NCBI RefSeq assembly: GCF_021028975.2
Contig: NC_059426.1
Location: 74,152,001 to 74,216,000, forward strand
DNA length: 64,000 bases
Source: Sphaerodactylus townsendi
Lineage: Eukaryota
Direction of reading: 5' to 3'
In this document: positions 49,965 to 62,700 of the stretch, one piece after another
Layout of the letters: each line of letters opens with the position of its first letter
Numbering within the stretch: position 1 is the stretch's first letter
The notes under the pieces: generated by a model
Seen by the model: only the letters and a program-made list of their open reading frames with translations
The model's database searches: none
What the model was told of the DNA's origin: nothing
Made by a program: the position numbers and the translations under genes

Positions 49965-50250
49965 CCACAGATGGCATCACCAAGGATCCAGAGACTGGCT
50001 GTCACTTGGCGAACCTATGAGTCCATTGAGCTGGAAAAGAACTGAGCCTTGAGCCCCCTACCACTGCCTGAAATGCCTACAACAGTGCATGATGATAATC
50101 AGAGACAGCCAGCCAGGCAGTCATGGACTGATACAGATATCATATTAGCCAAAGTCAGGGAATTTATATTGAGGGGATGGTCGCATTTTTCAGAAGACAA
50201 AGAATTTATATTATTCTTTCAACTTTAATCAGAACTGAGTGTCTACGGTA
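49965..50250 (+). mobile_element. second Gypsy lineage pol fragment (RNase H / integrase linker)
   Basis: MASPRIQRLAVT..TYE; SWTDTDIILAKVREFILRGW. Confidence 0.55.
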
Positions 50251-50433
50251 GATTTATTAAGAACATGTCCCTGCTCATGAAAAGCCATCGAAACAATCAA
50301 GCACGTCCTCCTAGATTGCGAATTATATGCTTCATTTAGAAGACAATATATAGATCCTTATACCAAGCCTTCTCACCAGATAAGGCCAAATCTTTCTATC
50401 TGCTTTGTGATCAATATCCTCAGAGATCCCTAA

Positions 50434-50519
50434 ACGTTGCCAAATTCTTGGCACTGGCGCAACAGATTGGCGAAATCTGTGGCGAATCTGTTGCGCCAGT
50501 GCCAAGAATTTGGCAACGT
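50434..50519. repeat. perfect 35-bp inverted repeat with a 16-nt spacer
   Basis: acgttgccaaattcttggcactggcgcaacagatt followed by its exact reverse complement. Confidence 0.95.
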
Positions 50520-50930
50520 CTGCTTAAAACCCCAGCCAAATTTCTAAAATGTTCATGCATTGTGGTTCCAGTGACTATATCATCCAAGTAAATAGCATGT
50601 GGGATCACTTAAAGTGATTCTTCCATATTCCTCTGAAAGATAGCTGGGGCAGAAGAGACCCCAAAAGGTACGTGATGATATCTGAACAGACCTTTGTATA
50701 TGCTTATTGTAACATCCTTTGAGTCTTCATCCGGCACAAGATGTTGGCAGGCATGATTCAAGTCTAATTTTATAACCAGCTGACCTCCTGCTAATACGAA
50801 ATATCTCCTATTTTAGAGTTAGAGTTTTGTTCCAGTAATGCTACCCTGTTGTCTGTCAATTTGTAATCTCCACATATGTGCATGGAGCCATCCCATTTTA
50901 ATATGGGTACAACTGAGTACATTACTCAGT
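50520..50930 (-). mobile_element. Gypsy RT fragment (second lineage)
   Basis: VVPILKWDGSMHICGDYK; GLFRY..PFGVSSAPAIFQR; IYLDDIV. Confidence 0.75.
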
Positions 50931-51003
50931 GAATTTTTAAAATTTATTTTACACACATAAACAACACATACAGAAAAAAGAAAAAACTAAATCTCCGCCA
51001 TAA

Positions 51004-51004
<1 letters not shown>

Positions 51005-51056
<52 letters not shown>

Positions 51057-51718
51057 AAAAGCCCCACATTTCAAGACATTTCCCCTCCCTATTGGGACCT
51101 ACAATGGATTTTTGAGGAGGGGGAATGTGACAAGTTGCTGCCTCACTGCAAAACTGACTGTAAAATTGAGCTATTGCTAGGCGCCAAACTCCCCAAGAGT
51201 CGCCTCTACCCAATGACCCCCACAGAGGCGCAAGCGCTTCAGGGGCTGAATGCAGTCCCCGCAAGTAATAAGTACCCACTCCCTCTGATCAAAGACTTGT
51301 TGAGCTGCTTGGGGTAAGCAAAATTTTCATGAAATTGGACTTGAGGAAGGCTTATTACTGAGTTCGAATAGCCAAAGAGATGGAATATGTGACAGCTTTT
51401 AACACAAGACTTGGTCAGTTTGCGTACTGTGTGATACCTTTCGGGTTCTCAGGGGCCCTGGGGTCTTCATGAGTTTGATTAATGACGTGCTCCAGTCTGA
51501 AGAGGAGCACATTGCCACCATTAGGGCAGTGCTGCAATGGCTGTTGGATAATGACTTGTATGTGAAATTGTCCAAATGTGAGTTCCACAGAGAGAAGCTT
51601 GACTTTTTAGGGTTCCACATTTCCAGCCAAAAGTTGGAAATGGATCCTGTTTAAAGGAGTAGTGGTTTATTTGGATGATGTGCTGATCTATTCCCAGTCT
51701 GAAGAGGAGCACATTGTT
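51005..51718 (+). mobile_element. inverted duplicate of the Gypsy relic, including an (AGT)n microsatellite and lacking the L1
   Basis: Reverse-complement match to 42919-43339 plus 49402-49800. Confidence 0.88.
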
Positions 51719-52073
51719 AACAGAGTGGAATCCGGCTGTGAAAGCGTTCGACAATACATTGATTCTACAGTGTATAACATGGTTAAAACACATTGCATGT
51801 GCAGGATCACTCTCTCAGTGTCTCTCCCTTTCTCTGGGTTGGGATGGTGGGGGAGAGGTAGCAGAACTGTGACCATTTAGGGATGCTTCTGAGCCTCTCT
51901 CTGTTCCTTACTTGTATATTTGTAAATAAAACAAATATTGCAAAAATGCTGTAAGACTCTCTCCTGTCCTGTCAGAGAAGTGAAGCACAGATAGAAATAA
52001 ACAACTTGATCACACACCTATTCACTGTGTTCAGACCAAATATGATACATGCTGGTTATTCTAGTGCATCTCA

Positions 52074-52213
52074 GGCCTCTTCCGCACATGCAGAATAATA
52101 CACTTTCAATCCACTTTTACAACAGTTTGCAAGTGGATTTTGCTACTCCGCACAGTAAAATCCAGCTGCAAAGTGGATTGAAAGTGCATTATTCTGCATG
52201 TGCAAAAGGGGCC
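52074..52213. mobile_element. palindromic Harbinger-type MITE with 3-bp TSD TCA
   Basis: ggcctcttccgcacatgcagaataat ... attattctgcatgtgcaaaaggggcc; tca on both sides. Confidence 0.85.
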
Positions 52214-52889
52214 TCAAAAGAGACAATAATAAATTCCTATTTTAGAAAAGACCTTTCAATATCTTATGTAGTTAGAGCTCAATTACAAAGTGTATGCAGG
52301 TAGGAAAATACTATTTTAGAAATCTGCTGATGAGGGTGAGGCTTCTAGCGAGTAATACAGTGATTTCATGCTTTGGAGTGAAACAAAGCTTCTTATTACT
52401 CTAAGGAAGGAAGGAATCTGGAAGAATAATATGCAAACTCTTGCTCTTGCACACCACAGCTCTTGCAAAATTGGGTGTAGGAAGGGAGAGAAAATGGTAA
52501 GCAGAAACCACTTGTTTTCAAAAGCAGTCATAGTGGCTTATCTATTGTTAAGATAGGCACATTACTACAAGTATTATGAACAAAGTTCATTTTCACCACC
52601 TGACTTCTATAAAAATATTTGTCATAATCTTATCATCCAGAACATGCCGGTACTACACCCCAGGCACAGCAGTTACAAAACCAGTATTTATTTTGCTCCT
52701 ACGTAAGAGCCCCATCCTTGAAATAGCATTTTCTCCCCATGCTGGTTCAATGCCTCCATACAGAGGGATTCCTATAAGGATCAACATAGCCTTAATTCTC
52801 TCTCCCTTTGTCTTTTATACATTTCCACTGATCACAGACACATTCACAGGCAGCATGCCAAACCAGTATGGAGTGTGGGAGGTCTATGT

Positions 52890-53110
52890 GTTTAAGTACC
52901 ATCAAATTCTTTCCGACTCATGGCAACCCTATGAATTAATGACCTCCCCAACATCCTATTGTTAACAGCTTTATTAAGTGCTTACAAACTGAAGGCTGTT
53001 GGCTTCCTTTATTGAGTCAAGCCATCTCATGTTGGATCTTGTGCTTTTCCTGATGCCTTTAACTTTTCCTAGCATTATGTCTTTTTCTGTGACTCTTATC
53101 TTCTCATGGG
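52890..53110 (-). mobile_element. RTE/BovB LINE 3' fragment
   Basis: ccgactcatggcaaccctatg...gagtcaagccatctcat...cttttcctagcatt. Confidence 0.7.
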
Positions 53111-54029
53111 AATTCTATACATATCTCTTATACCCCTAGGGAGTCTTCTTCCTCCACGCAGTCAAATTATCCAGATGTATGAAGGAAGAAATAGAAAACA
53201 ACATTCTGTTTGGCATGTGCTTTAACATGAAGCATAATTCTGTAAATCCCAAGTTTTCAACTAGTACTGCTGTCTGTCAATGATAACTGATTTAGTACTG
53301 CTGCTAAAAGGAAAATATTCTGTTTTGGCAAACTTTGTCTCCAACTCCAAGAAACCTTTAATTACAATAGACCCTGGGCAGTGGCATAAATTTCTGCTTG
53401 AAGCATCTGTAAACCTCTGACAATATCATATCTGAGTTCTTTAAGTCTATGCCATCTGGACACTGAGGGATGGTTCACATGTTACAAAGTCCATGTGGCA
53501 AACATATGGACTGTCAAAAGATGTGAGCCTGGAGTTCCATACTGGAAACTCAATTCCTGGGTATCTGTAGTTGTATTCTTATTGGGACCTTGGCATGCAG
53601 GGAGAGGATGCTTTAGTTTAGCCTCCTTCTTCATGCCTTTTTCCCAACCAAAAATACCCACTATTTGCCCTTGTGGGACAATTTACTATAACTAGGTCTT
53701 ACAAGCTTCCTACAAGCTTCTATGACACAGTAAATAATGGCTCATGGAGGCCATTTCAGGTCAGGCAAAAAGCACAAGGGAAGGGTTCTTGTACAGGCAT
53801 GCCATGGTCCCAATCTGAATACAGCCGCAGATGCCCAGGAACTGAGTTCTGAACAAGGAATCTACTTTATAACATGAAGGCTTGTTGTAAAGTAGATTGG
53901 TTGACTTGTTAGACTTGTTAATTCTCAATTTGTTGATTTTCCCTAAAATGTCATATTTTATTTATGTATTTAAGTATTACGGTGATGCTTTTTTCATCAT
54001 TGAAGACCCAAAGCAGCTTGGTGATGGTG

Positions 54030-54215
54030 GAAAGTGTTGTCAAGTCGCAGTCAGCCTCTGGCAACCACCCCATAGGATTTTCAAGGCAAGAGACAAATGG
54101 GGTGGGGGGGTTGCCATTGCTTGGACCTCCTTGGTGGTCCTCCATCCAAGTGCTAACTAAGGCTTGCCCTGCTAAGCTTCTGAGATCTGATGATCTAACC
54201 TGGGCCAACCAGGTC
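54030..54215 (-). mobile_element. 5S-derived SINE
   Basis: ggtcctccatccaagtgctaac...ccctgctaagcttctgagatctga, the reverse complement of the 5S internal promoter region. Confidence 0.65.
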
Positions 54216-54655
54216 AGGACCAAAGCAGTTTAAAATACAAAAAGATAATGTAAATAATGTAGACAATGTGAACGAACTAGTAATAAAGGGAAATGTACAA
54301 GACAAGTGTTTCTTTCTCTCCCTGCTGGTTCTCCAGATTAGAGTGCACCTTCTCTCTAAACTGATATAGAGAATATATTCACTTTCTCTGCAGTCTCCAT
54401 CTTCCTCTGGCAATCATTTATCCTTTGTCACCCAATGGCCCAAATTTCCGGCTGTTGTTTTCCTGCTTGTAATATATTTAAAGACCTCTTATGGTGCATT
54501 TAATGTATTAAAGCAATATAATAGAATTTTCATTTTGTTTGCCTTAGCATCAACAAACATTTGTTTTGTCGGATCCTGTGCTCCATAGCTTGTCTGCTTT
54601 TTGAAGGCAGATCACTGCCTTTATAGCTTTCTTGATATTACTGCTTGAACATACC

Positions 54656-54860
54656 TAGGGTTGCCAACTCCAGGTTGGGAAATTCCTGGAGATTTGGCAA
54701 AGGGGATATACAGCATAAGGAGGGCAGGGTTTGGGGAGGGGAAAGGCTTCCACAGATTATAACGCTGTAGAATCCACCTTCCATAGCTGCCCTTTTCTCC
54801 GGGGGAATTAATCAGTTTTGTCTGGAGATCAGTTGTAATTCCACAAGGAGGTTAGCTACC
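54656..54860 (+). mobile_element. hAT-like MITE (TAGGGTTGCCA)
   Basis: Family copy. Confidence 0.6.
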
Positions 54861-55164
54861 GCAGTTGGAGTTGTTATGTCTTACCAGTAGCTCATATTCT
54901 GTATGAACTTCTGTATGAATTATAGCTTCCAACATCCTGAAGGGATCTTTGCTGTCTTTCAGTGTCTTTTTTGGTTGAACCTGTCATTTTTTTTAGAACC
55001 TTCTTCTTCTGAAATAAAGTATGGCCCTGTTGATCATTTGAGCTATTTTTCATTTGTATAAATGTGGCATGAGCCTTTAGGAAAGGTTGTAAGAACTATA
55101 ACAATATTCCTCTGATTTTCTTTATCCCATCAGAGCTCCGAAACACCCACTATTTCTGTGCTCT

Positions 55165-55310
55165 AGTCCAGTAGCACCTTAGACACCAACCGGATTTTCA
55201 GAATATAAGCTTTCAAGGGTCAAAAGTTACCTGAAGACAGTTTTGAAATTTGAAATCTTAAATCTTGTAAATTTGATTAGTCTCTAAGGTGCTACTGAGC
55301 TCAAATCTTC
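55165..55310. mobile_element. inverted Penelope-derived repeat
   Basis: agtagcaccttaga ... tctaaggtgctact arms around a decayed ctgaaga core. Confidence 0.5.
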
Positions 55311-55751
55311 TACTCCAGACCCTCATGGCTATACCACTGAAACCATCCACTATATCTATGTTCTTGTGGAAATAAACAACATATAAACATATAAAACATG
55401 TTCATTTCTACTCCATAAGAGTGGAAATAAACAACATATAAATAATTAAAACATAATCAGGTAAGAAACCTTTGGGATGAAAGGTTGTATGAGATAACTT
55501 AATTCCATCAGATCTTGGGAGCTAAGCAGGGTCAGTAGTTGGAAGGAAGACTTTGTACAGGAAGGCAATAGCAAATCACCTCTGCTTCTCACTTGCCTTG
55601 AAAGCCCCTTCAGCTGTGACTGACAGCTCTTTACACAGCATCCTCTTAGAATGAGCATGCAAAAACTGGGAAATAGTTTGCAGAGCTACCTTTCAGTCCT
55701 TTTACCCATGTCATATGAATTCTTCCCCAAGCACTTCCTCATTTATGTATG

Positions 55752-56822
55752 TGTGACAGAATGCAAAGAAAAGTGTGTATTTTAAAAGTGCAGATCTGTC
55801 AGAAGTCATTATTGTTTACAATCAGAGAGAGGCATAGAGGCCTAGGAACAGGGAAACCACCTGACTGGCTGGGGCAGCCATGCACTCTGACTGGGTAAAA
55901 GATCTGATGATAATGAGAGGAAGGAGGATAGCTCCCTGTGGAGAACAATCTGAAAGGCTTTTTGGAGTTTGACGTTCCTGAAGTAAAGAGCTATTAGTGT
56001 TTGCTGTGACAAAATGTAATAACTGCGAGGAAAGAAGTGGCAGTGTGTGATTCTGTCTTGCCCTACTGTGTGGCAGCCTTGTGTGCTGTGGTAGAAAGCA
56101 AATATACACAGACTAGGAGAACTGGTGGCTGCGTTATTGAGGACCCAGCCTGAGGGGCATATATATATATATATAACCAAGGAGGTATACTTGCAGGAAG
56201 AGGGAAGAAAAATCCTAAAGACCAATTAGTCTGCTGTATGGGGTTTTGCTTTATTATGTTGGGGGGTTTATTTGTGAAGGCTGAGTGAAGAAAATCCAAG
56301 TTTGATAGAACTCAGAGTCCATGTGCAATCCATTAGCCAAAACATTTGAAGTATAAAAAGCTGTACCATGTTGGGAAAAATCTTATTACTATCTAAGCTT
56401 ACTGAAACTGATGAACTTATTTAAGCCTATGTCTGAGAACAAATGCTACTGATTCTCTGCCAAAGATCTCTGTTGTAAATATATATATTTCTGCTTCCCC
56501 CTCCATTCCTTCATCCAAGTTATTTAACTCCCATCTTCTCTCTGTGTTAAATAAATCTTTTATTCTATTTAAGTTATCTCTGACTCAGTGTTGTTATTAT
56601 TTGGCCCTTATAACGGATTTGCCAGGAAAGGTTTTTAAATAACGGGCTATCCGGCATCTTCTGGGTCTGTTACAGGGCTGGGAGACAGTGTTTTTATTAT
56701 ACCAAATGCTACTATTTCTGAAGCACCTCAGTCCCTGAAGAGAAAAGGGCAGGAAAAAACTGACAAGTAAGTGGGTGGTTTCCCTGCTCAGGTGAATCAG
56801 GAAGGTGAGAGGGTCCACTGCA
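55752..56822 (+). mobile_element. solo LTR with perfect 5-bp TSD GTATG
   Basis: TG...CA ends; gtatg at 55747-51 and 56823-27; TATA run at about 56160; AATAAA at about 56549. Confidence 0.85.
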
Positions 56823-58399
56823 GTATGCAAGCCCTTCCTCTTTTCTTTATGAACTAAGCCTGACAGCCAGGCATTAGAATAACCACCAGACTGTTTCAAA
56901 GTATTATCTCTGTGTTTGCTTTTTTAAAAAAAGTATTTGATTAGTTACTATCTGAAGGCACATCCACGGAAAACAGTTCTATTGATGAGGAATCCTCTCA
57001 TCATGGAAAGCAAATTCATCATCTCAAATACTGAATCAGTTATGTGCCACACCTTGATTCCATCTTGCAGAATATCATCTGGTGTCACTTTGTGTTGCAA
57101 TACAATCTCTGGGTGGTTGCAGTTATATAGTTATGTGCGGGGAATTATAGGATTGGTATTTCTAGGTGTTTATCTTGACGTGATTGGTGGTGCTGTCTTG
57201 GCTGCAGGTTTTGACTCCTGTTCAGCTACGTATTTTCAGCCTCTATTTGGGAAGACTGAGGCTAGAAAAGCACACGGCATGTGCCTCCCTATGCTAATGT
57301 TTAGGGCACCATTCATCTTTTCCTTCATAAAGAACTGAAAGGATTGCCAAAGGGCTCAATCAGGGACAGACTGGGAGGTAAAAACAATCCCAGAAAAGGG
57401 TTCCACCACCCTATCCCTCATGCTGCCCCATCAGTTGTGGAAGCCCAAAGAGCCAGCTGAAAAGAAATGAGGTGCTACCATGCCCTTCCTAGTTGAGGCC
57501 ACCAAAAAGGATCGTGGCGAATGTAAAATACAAAATTGTGCCAGTGGCCGCTTGACCTTGTACTTCAGGGCAGATCAGAGTCTTGCAGGGTTGATACCCA
57601 ACTGTGAAAGCTTTATTGAAAATATTTATGCATCCTAAACTAATTTCATTCACATTCAACACTCACCAGAGGTTGGCAAAACCTAGCTGCATACAAGGAC
57701 TATCCAAGCACAAGAACTCCATTGATGATGGCAAGTAGAACGCTTTGTAGGGTTGATGACATATGGAAACCATCAATAGCTTCCTAGAGGCAGTTTTGGG
57801 ATGGATGAAGACTAAGAAGCTGAACCTTAGGCCTGACCAAATGATGGTGCTACTCACCAGGGATTCAAAGGGGGGGGGGTGTTCACGCTGGCAGGGCTGA
57901 TATGCTGCAACAGCAACACACAGCGCTGAGGAGGCTCAGAGCTAGGGCTGTGCTGACAAGAGTTTAGCAAATAATTCAATAGTTACCAAGTCCATGGGAG
58001 AGTTGAGAGCTATGTCAAGAAAGCCAGGCCTGTAATCTTGCTGAGTGGCACCTCTAAGGCCAGTCTCAATCTTCATCTGCAACACTGACTTACATCTGGA
58101 GACCTGGAGCTACTGGCATCTTTCTTAGTCCTGTTAACTTGAGCCACTAGCCTGTGCTAGTTCAGGCTCTACTGATTCAGCTGGTGTCTCTCTGCGAGGC
58201 TCAGTTAACTCTTCAGACAAGCTGTCAGCCGCAGCAGGGGATGACAGGGGGTGATCCAAGAATTAGGATATTTCCTGATCTGACCACCAGGACTTGCACT
58301 CGTTTCCTGGCCCAGCAGAAACAGCCGTTTTAGTGCTTCAGGCAGGATCCCACTGACTGTCAAGCCTCTTTGAGTGCTGACACATGCTCAGCGGCTATC

Positions 58400-59750
58400 T
58401 CAAAAGTCCCAGCGACAGACTATGCCACTAACTTGTCTGTCTGAGGCCAGAGCAACACTCACATTGTCCACAACCCATCCAAACAGGAACACCTACATGG
58501 CATCCATCCAGTTGGGCTGACACTGTTGCTTGATACTCGACAGCAAATTTGCTGCAGGAAGGTAATGCAAGGGCTGGACAGGTAAACATGGGAACTCTAG
58601 CTGCCCACACATGTTTCACACTACCTCCATGTCCTCCATGGCCCCAACTACTGAAGGGCAAGAAGGCCCACTGGGAGACCAAGAGGCACCAACAGAAAGT
58701 AGGACCCCAGTTGGGGAGAGGAAATTGGGGGCTGGAGAGGGCCCCTATGCCAGCCATCCTCCTGTCTCCAATCTAATGCCCCATCTTCCTTCACCCCCCC
58801 CCAAACAGACATGGCACCCAAACCACTACCAATTTGACCACCTCTGTATGCCTTAATCATTCATCACATCTGCCTTTTCCCAAGCTTCAGTCTGCCACAG
58901 ATGAAGGCATGGCAGTACAGGGAAAGAATCAGCACCCTTCAACTCTTAGACACACTTGCCAGGACCAATTCTGCTGGGATAGGGCCACCATATATGTAAT
59001 TGCTGAGAGGTAGGGATCTGCTTCCAATGTAATTGCTGTCACTTCCCCAACATCAACTTCCAGGCATTCTGTGACCACCATGGCATTTTCATTGAACTCA
59101 CAGCCAAATTCCCTAGGAGAATCCATGATGCCCAAATCTTCACTGCCTTCAGCCTAGAACAGCAGTGACCGGAGGGCAAGGAGTGAGTGCTGGGTGAGTA
59201 GGGGCAGATGAGGCCCCACTGCACCTGGACTATGACAGCTCCTCTCTTCACAGGTGAATGTGGGTACTCACTCCTGCCATATCTCCTGACCCCCTACAGC
59301 TCTGACAACCTGGAGGACAGAGCCAGGCTCACCTCAAAATGTGCATAATCATAAAGCAAGCATTTGGCCTCCTTGAGGTATGGTTCCATTGCCTGAATCA
59401 CACTGGCAGCCATCAGGTCATACAGCCTGAACCAGCGGATGAACTGCCTGCTCCACAAAGCAGTGTGTCAGCACCTGCGCCCTCTTGTCAATGATCCCCT
59501 GGAGAAGCTGTGGCATGGCAGCAGCCTGGCAGGGGAGGTAGGGGAAACAGCAGCATTGGTACAGGACATCCAGGGACACCTTGCCCAGAAGTGAGTTTAG
59601 GAGGTGTTGTGGTGCCAGCCCCAAGCCACCTGATGGGTCACCCCATCAGGCTGGCAGCAGACATTCCTCTGTAGGCAGAGGTCCCTCAGAAAGGGAGCTA
59701 TTCAGGATTTGCCAACATTGAGGAGTTGCCATTTCCCCAGGGCTTATCTA
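58400..59750 (-). mobile_element. heavily decayed Gypsy gag/pol-like relic
   Basis: Short motif EPYLKEAKCLLYDYAHF resembling retrotransposon gag; otherwise degenerate. Confidence 0.3.
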
Positions 59751-62700
59751 GCTTTGACCAGTGTAAAGAGACTCCCTGAAGCAGGGAGGACCATGGCATC
59801 TTCCAAGCTTGGAACTCCCACAACTGGTGAGATGGGGGCAACCACCCACATTTGCAGCTAACAGTTGTCAGAGGGGTTCAACCTCTAGCACAACAGGAAT
59901 CCCTTTAGAGCATCCAGTTTACTGGGCTGGACATGAGATCAGACCACCTGATCAGATGGCTGCTGCCATGGCTGCTGCCATGTCTGCGTAGATCCCAGAT
60001 GTCTATCACTGAGGGTAGGGGTTCCAAGCTCAGATCATGCTGAGCCCAGCAATAGTCTGGAATGACAATGTTGAGGTGCCCCATGGATTCACCCCTCCTC
60101 TCAGATACCAGGGGCCCAACTCCTCTCCTTTGCACTCCACTAGCCAGTGGCTTGGACCTGCTATGGTACCGGCCAGGCTACCATGCAGTCCATGCATGGC
60201 TTCTGCCACCACTCTGAAGTTCATGGTTCTCGTATGCAAATTCCCAGGAGATCCCTAAGATCCCTAAGATCTGGGTGAGATCTGAAAGGTCTGTTTGCTC
60301 ATATTAATCTTTCAGCTTTTTTTGTACAGCAGTTCGCTAGTCTCACAAGTCAGATCTTTCAATCCAGTAGGACCATTATTCTCTAGTGGCTCTTCTGTTA
60401 CAAGTGAAAGTAGCTGTCCAATCTATCACCAACCTATTAATATCATCCTCCCAACGGTCCTTTAATGATACTTTAAATATGTAATCTCATGATGGCCAAT
60501 TACCTTGACTGACAACCGGCCAAAGGTGTTGAACTGTTTTGACTTTGACCTTCTTTAGCACACTCTTGCATTGTTTTAAATGGGAGGGAGCTTGTGGGAT
60601 AAGAAGCCCATGAGTATCCATCACCACACGGTTAAACCCATGGTGTCTTCATGCCTTTGAAATATTTCCCAAGATTAAAGATTGGTTGTCAGTTTGTTGA
60701 ACTCCTTGATTGGCCCTCTCCTCAGTACAGCCAGAAAGAATCAATAAACAACCCCCTCTTACTGCAACCTTATTTGCATCAGATCTTTGTTATCTTTGCT
60801 GCAATCAAGTCTAGCCCTAACCTATTTTATTACTCATTTGCCACATAGGTGCTTATTGGTGGCCTGTGAGTCATGATGTGCTCACCATTGGGCATTTGCT
60901 TTTTCATTAGCTGCTTTATCCGGATAGTTTCTGATCCTTAGCACACACAACTTCATCTTGCATCTTGTGCTAAGTGCTGTGTTTTTGAAGATGTACACAA
61001 TCCCCTTTATACTTTCCCTTTATGTGTCAAACACTTTCTTGTAGTTCCATTTCTCGCCTCACCTCTAAGCAATCATTGCAGGGAGGGAATTGGACTGAGA
61101 AACAATGTGCCAAAGTAATGCATTGCCTGTGAGTACAATTATTCTTCCTCAGACAAATCAGATGTGTCACAGGAAGTTTTATGAATGGAGTTCAGAATGT
61201 TTTCTTTAAAACCAGGCACATAAGTCCTGGTTTCAACTGGGATTATGGTGAGAGGGGAGACTGTTGCCATCAAGCTTCTATTTTATTGCCCTGTCTTTGA
61301 CCCTCTCTATCTTGATGACTAACAGCACAATCCACAAAGGGTGGGGGAGCACAGTGGGAGTGGTGTGACACCAGCTCTGCTCCACATTCTATTTTCGATG
61401 GTGCAAGGGGCACTAAAGCAGGTGCAGGAACATATAGGCTGGTGCCTGAGAGTTCAGAAGGTGTTGAGAGTGGCAGAGGAGTGGCATGGAGGGGCGCCAG
61501 CATAGGTATGATGGGGCACAGCACAAGAATGCCCACTTTTGCTAGTGCAAATGTATGCCAGCCAAAACTGAGGTGCAACCCATGGTGGCCCATCAAATCA
61601 ACTGCTGAGGTGCCCCTCATCACTGCAGCACCACTGCTAAATTCCAGAAGGGCTCAGGATGCCATCCTGACCAGTGGTCAGCTCCCAGGCATGGGTCAAG
61701 TCTCCCTGCCCAGAAACCAATGGCAGGACCCAGGGACATTAAAAAAAAACTCCTGCCAGAACTCAGAACACACCATAGTGTAGGGCATGCAGCATGGGAT
61801 ACTATCAGTCAGCTCCCTGAAATGGGGACTTAGAGCAAGAGGGGTAGCACTCAGGATGGCAGGGAGAGCATCTTCCACAGTAGGGGTAGCACTTGGGACA
61901 ACAACCCCTCTACCCCTCTACTCACAGGCAAAGTCCACAGATTCTGTGGGTGATCCCTCCCACTGAGGTTTTATTTCAGGTCCATCAGGATAGCTGCTCC
62001 ATCATGAGTGAGCTGAGCAATGCACTCCTCACACCACCTTCCTGCCCTCCTTCTCCTTCTGGGACCACAAGCCATGCAGGCATAGCAGAAGCTGAATCCT
62101 AAACCATTTCACACTTTCATTTCAGGGAACACACGCCCCTGTGAGTGGATGCCAAGCAGGACCCCATGACCGCTGTCGGCTATAGCTGATATTCTTTTAT
62201 TTTCATGCTTTTATTTTCTTGGGATGCATCTTCTTTCTCTTTCTACAGCTTCAAGAGACTACACACACCTGCCAGTCTTTTTATTAAGTAGTAGGAAAGC
62301 AGCTGGCTAAAACAGGGCAATGGAAGGCTGAACATTTCAAACAACCCCTATAAAAAAAAACCTAATGCATTTTCTTCTGGACAAAACAGCTCAGTGAAGC
62401 TAATCTGCAATGGAAAAGTTTAACTTTTGTTCCTTACTACCACCATCATTGGGGTTTCAGGTTTATGCCCTCTTTAGAAACCTTGAAAGATAAATAACTT
62501 GGCGGAAATTTGCAGGAGAAAAGTGATAGAGGGAGATTTAAGCCATCAGGATTTTATTACATGCATTTATATGCAACATTTTCTTTGGCTGCCTGATGCA
62601 AAAAAGACCTTTCTCCCAAAGTTGGTAAGTTGTATTATGTGTGTTGTGTATTTACATTTTTATTGAATTGCTTGAATAAAATGTTTTTTAAAGTTTTGAT

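Noticed and set aside
54120-54215. 5S rRNA gene
   Set aside because: Partial, diverged and attached to a SINE body, with several dispersed copies in the window.
23174-56822. A single giant provirus bounded by the two LTRs
   Set aside because: Each LTR has its own TSD, and host exons lie between them.
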